From Tubiluchus corallicola (taxonomy: Eukaryota; Animalia; Priapulida), in the NCBI GenBank assembly GCA_030141605.1, contig JAQGDQ010000336.1, forward strand, positions 62,001 through 126,000: 64,000 bases of DNA. The letters run 5' to 3'. Position 1 is the first letter of the stretch, and every line of letters begins with the position of its first letter. The notes beneath the pieces were generated by a model, which saw only the letters and a list, made by a program, of their open reading frames with translations, was not told where the DNA came from and searched no databases. A program made the translations under genes and the position numbers. This document shows, piece by piece, positions 25,901 through 64,000 of this stretch.

Positions 25901-28608
25901 ATTAGGAGCACTTTTTAAGTAATAGGATGCTCTCTGTACTGAAAAGGTGCTGCTTTCTGCCAATAATGTTGTCAAATATTATGTGTTTCAATTGTATGAA
26001 GACCACCTATTTTGTTCATATTGCCACGTAGATATACTATTATTTTGCTTTTGCAATTGTCCCTAATGCTAATTTAATATCTTTACGCAGGAAATTAATA
26101 TTGGTACTTAATAGTTTTTATTCAGGATGTTTCTAATGAAACGCATTTATCTGACATTATCTTCCATTGTATCACGATTTTGTGTGTGTTATTATATTTT
26201 ACTGATAATAATAAAAGAGCTCTTACTTTCAAAATGTTGGGTGGGGCTAGGTACCTGGCCATGAATTACCACGCCCCACCTCCCAATGTGACCGTCTTTA
26301 ATGTGTTGTTTATTATTATAACATGCTAGTTTTCATTCTGTAGATGTTATGTTGGCTAATGGTATTAAAGGGAGTTGTCAGCTCCTAGCTATAGGAAAAT
26401 GTGTGTTCTTGCTTTTTACGGATGTATTTTTTCCATAAGCACAATATAACTTGACATCAGTAGGACATACCAAAGAGTGAATCAAGTCCCGATTTGTTTG
26501 AGTACATTCTATATGCGAACTGCGAATGACATTGCAAATAGAAAATTTTTACATTCAAGTCACAGGAGTTACTTCTGTTTAATAGGTGAAATGACCAACA
26601 ATGCTGCATAGAGTGAGTTCTGGTCGTAAATTAGCTGCATACTCGTATATAAGTGCATATTGCTAGAAAAATAAGACAAAATAAAAAGCAAAGAAATACT
26701 GGAGTTATCAAAAATACATCTAGCCTTTATTATCTATTTTCTTGAAGCACAATCTAGGGCAATTTTCTCATATGTGTTTGATGTTTGCTTTCCTTATCCA
26801 CTGTATTTTATAAATGTTTTTCACATATTAAACAAGTGAAAAAACGTTAATAAATGTTGAATATTACAGAACTCAGTTGAAGTGTATCGCTGTCATGATA
26901 AGGTGCGTCAGAGTGCGTTCTAGGTCACATCACTTACCACATAAGTTTTGCCAAATTTAATTTGTTTGCTATTCTCTGTCTTTTTGCTAAAGAAGTAAAA
27001 TGGTTTTCACTACGTATGCCTATGGAACACAATCTATGGATGTCCGACAGAGTTGCAGACTTTTTTGTTACCCTACAGTTTAGTTTGACAAAGAATTCCT
27101 GGCAACATTTCTAACATCAGTTGTACACAAATACTGGGGGAAAATAACTACAATAAGATGAACACAAGCCCTTTTAGACCTTGTTCTAACGGCGACCAGG
27201 TACGTAAAATCATTATTTCATTAAAAGACAAAATAAAAGGGAGTTCTCCAATGAATACTTAAATTAACTCGGCAATTATAACAAGCCATCAAAGAAAAAA
27301 CTAGAGCTTAAAAATTTTTAAATCATAAATTAGATACGATTTCACTAATACAATATTTCGGATACCTTTCTTAATACAAACTTCAGAACTCTGTAACTAT
27401 TTACCATTACTAACAAAAATACAAAGAACTCAGATTACAAACAGTCACGCATTAATCTGTTTAAACTTTGGCTTGCATGATGTCATATTAAAAATCTTTA
27501 GCAGTTTATGATCGATTAGCTTAAGTCTATGGATGAGGTAACAAGATCGAGCAACAAATCAAAAATTTTTGAAATGGTTAAACTAATTTGAAGTATAGAA
27601 GAACAGTCTTTGAATGCATAAACTATTTACCACCTTACAAATAAGTTTTTAATTAATCAGCCTGTATCACGTTACAAAGAGCATAAAAATTATCTTTATA
27701 GACGTGAAATTTTGTGAATATACGTTTGGCTTACAAATGCAAATAAATTATCCAAAGCAAGAGCTACTATACAATAGTTAAAAGCGACAATGGATGTAAT
27801 TATATACATTTAGCTGCCGAGCCTTGAGAAACTGATTTACTTGACAAAATTAACTATCTGGGTGAATCCTATTCTAACGTGTGGACCACTTGAAACATAA
27901 CACTATAATCTTTAAATATAACAAAATTACATGTAGATTAGATTTCACGGTACAGTCAATGACCTCAAGAGGTGTGTAAGAGACAATCTGATCAACATAA
28001 TCAAACTGTGACTATTGTGTTAGCAATGTCAGTGCTTCATCAAACATAAAATTTTGATATTTCTGTTAGTTACGTAGGAATGATGAAGTTCAACAGGTCA
28101 AAGCCCATTTTACAATTTCAAATTGGTGTCCAGGCAAATGATGTAATTAAAGGTGAAGGAACATTACAAAGCTTTAGCTTATTATCTTATTACAATAACA
28201 TTTCTAGTAACAATAATTATCATCCAATTAAAACATTTAATAGGTAAAGTGTAGTTCATTGTACGTCTTTTGACTAAAATCGCTTTATACAATGTATTAC
28301 ATATAAATACTACATATAATCAACTATACAATAAGTTCTACCAAGTTTCTCCTATGCTTATCTTTATCATAAAAATTATATGACACAGCATTATGTACAT
28401 TTTTCGTAATTTACACAAACATATAATACGGAAGTATTAAGACCCAAAGCGGGCTAATTTGATAACCTAACAACTGAAACAATCTCATACACGGAAGTAA
28501 AAATCATTAAAAAATCAACAACTTATAAATAATTACAAAATTCAAATAATTAAGTACAAAAACACAATGAGCATTAATTAACAGCACAAATGAAATTATA
28601 CCAATTGC

Positions 28609-63103
<34,495 letters not shown>

Positions 63104-64000
63104 TATGAAGACGTAATAACAAATCCACTACATCAAATCAACACAGAGATTCAATCGCTAGTTATTACAGCTCTTGCGTCCACAATTTTTTACACTCTAT
63201 CCACAGATGAGATTAAGGTCTTTCGCAATAGCTATTAGAAATCTATAGTCGATTAAATAATTGTACTTTCACAAACTTCGAGTTTGGAGCAGTCTTCAAC
63301 AAACGTCTGTAACCGGTTTCACTGAACAATAATTAACACGTTGTGACCGTTGCGTCTTTGGCTACAAATGAAACCATGCTCTCTTGCATTCGCATTGTGC
63401 TTGCATGAAGGGCGGGCGGGATTCACGCAATATTAACACTTGCAGGCTGCGCACGATTTTATATAAGTTTTACCATCGTAAACGAAGTAATCAACGTTGT
63501 CTGTCTCTGTGTATAGCTATAACACGCGTTTTACTGCTATAGTTTATAACATTTGCCAGTAAGCTTGTCCGGACGCTTGCCAAGTCTCACCGAAATTTAT
63601 TTCTAACTAATGTTTGCTTTGTTGCACGCAGGGTTGCAGCACTGAGCTCTAAATATAAACGGCTTGCTACATGCTTTGTGGCTTTCGTTGTTGAATCTTA
63701 CAAAAAGACTTTCCGGGCGATTATTGTCATAATCTAACTTTCCATATCCACAACTTTTCATAATTAATTATAAAAAAACTTACAGTCAAGTTCAAAATTT
63801 CAACGTCATTTTACAAGACCATCGTTTCATGTCCATTTGACCTAATCCACGATCTTTGTTTATTTTCTCTCTCCCAGAATACCAATTGTCTGTCTGTGAA
63901 GTGAAACCTCGGTTTCCTCGTTGTTTAACCCGCTGTGTCTCCACTAAACTGGTCAATTGGTTTCTTAACCAGTTATCTCAGTTTCGAGCCACTAATACTT

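Larger units (their letters stand above)
20144..26700 (+). other. Probable long 3'UTR of GW182 (end uncertain)
   Basis: T/G-skewed region with no convincing ORF and no obvious TE. AATAAA near 21134, 23712, 26210 and 26680. Strand skew reverses around 27 kb. Confidence 0.5.

Noticed and set aside
63455-63464. TATATAAAA (minus strand) as the C3 TATA box
   Set aside because: It lies ~350 bp from the ATG with several intervening ATGs, and such motifs are common in AT-rich DNA; not supportable without TSS data.

Overview
AT-rich, intron-rich invertebrate metazoan DNA; no prokaryotic features. Two complete, convergent multi-exon genes can be assembled by hand from GT-AG sites. (1) + strand: a GW182/TNRC6 (gawky) miRNA-silencing scaffold, 11 coding exons at 11597-20143 (3837 nt, 1278 aa), with a probable non-coding first exon ending at 8125 and a probable ~6 kb 3'UTR. 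(2) - strand: a complement C3-type thioester protein, 40 coding exons from 63103 to 28609 (5403 nt, 1800 aa), with signal peptide, RVKR beta/alpha site, 6-Cys ANATO, GCGEQ thioester, catalytic His (VWHKEM), basic alpha/gamma linker and C345C domain. The most unusual signal is in the C3: an extra pair of furin-type sites (KKRFKR...RRRR) in the CUB loop where vertebrate factor I makes the cut releasing C3dg. The C3 also has an ANATO-to-cleavage linker ~50 aa longer than vertebrate C3, a strongly cationic C-terminus and a candidate second signal-peptide exon. Repeats include a decayed LINE, a PIF/Harbinger element with TIRs and TTA TSD, a tRNA-derived SINE with a microsatellite tail, a ~210 bp fold-back and several MITE-like relics. 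All exon models are manual, without transcript or database support.
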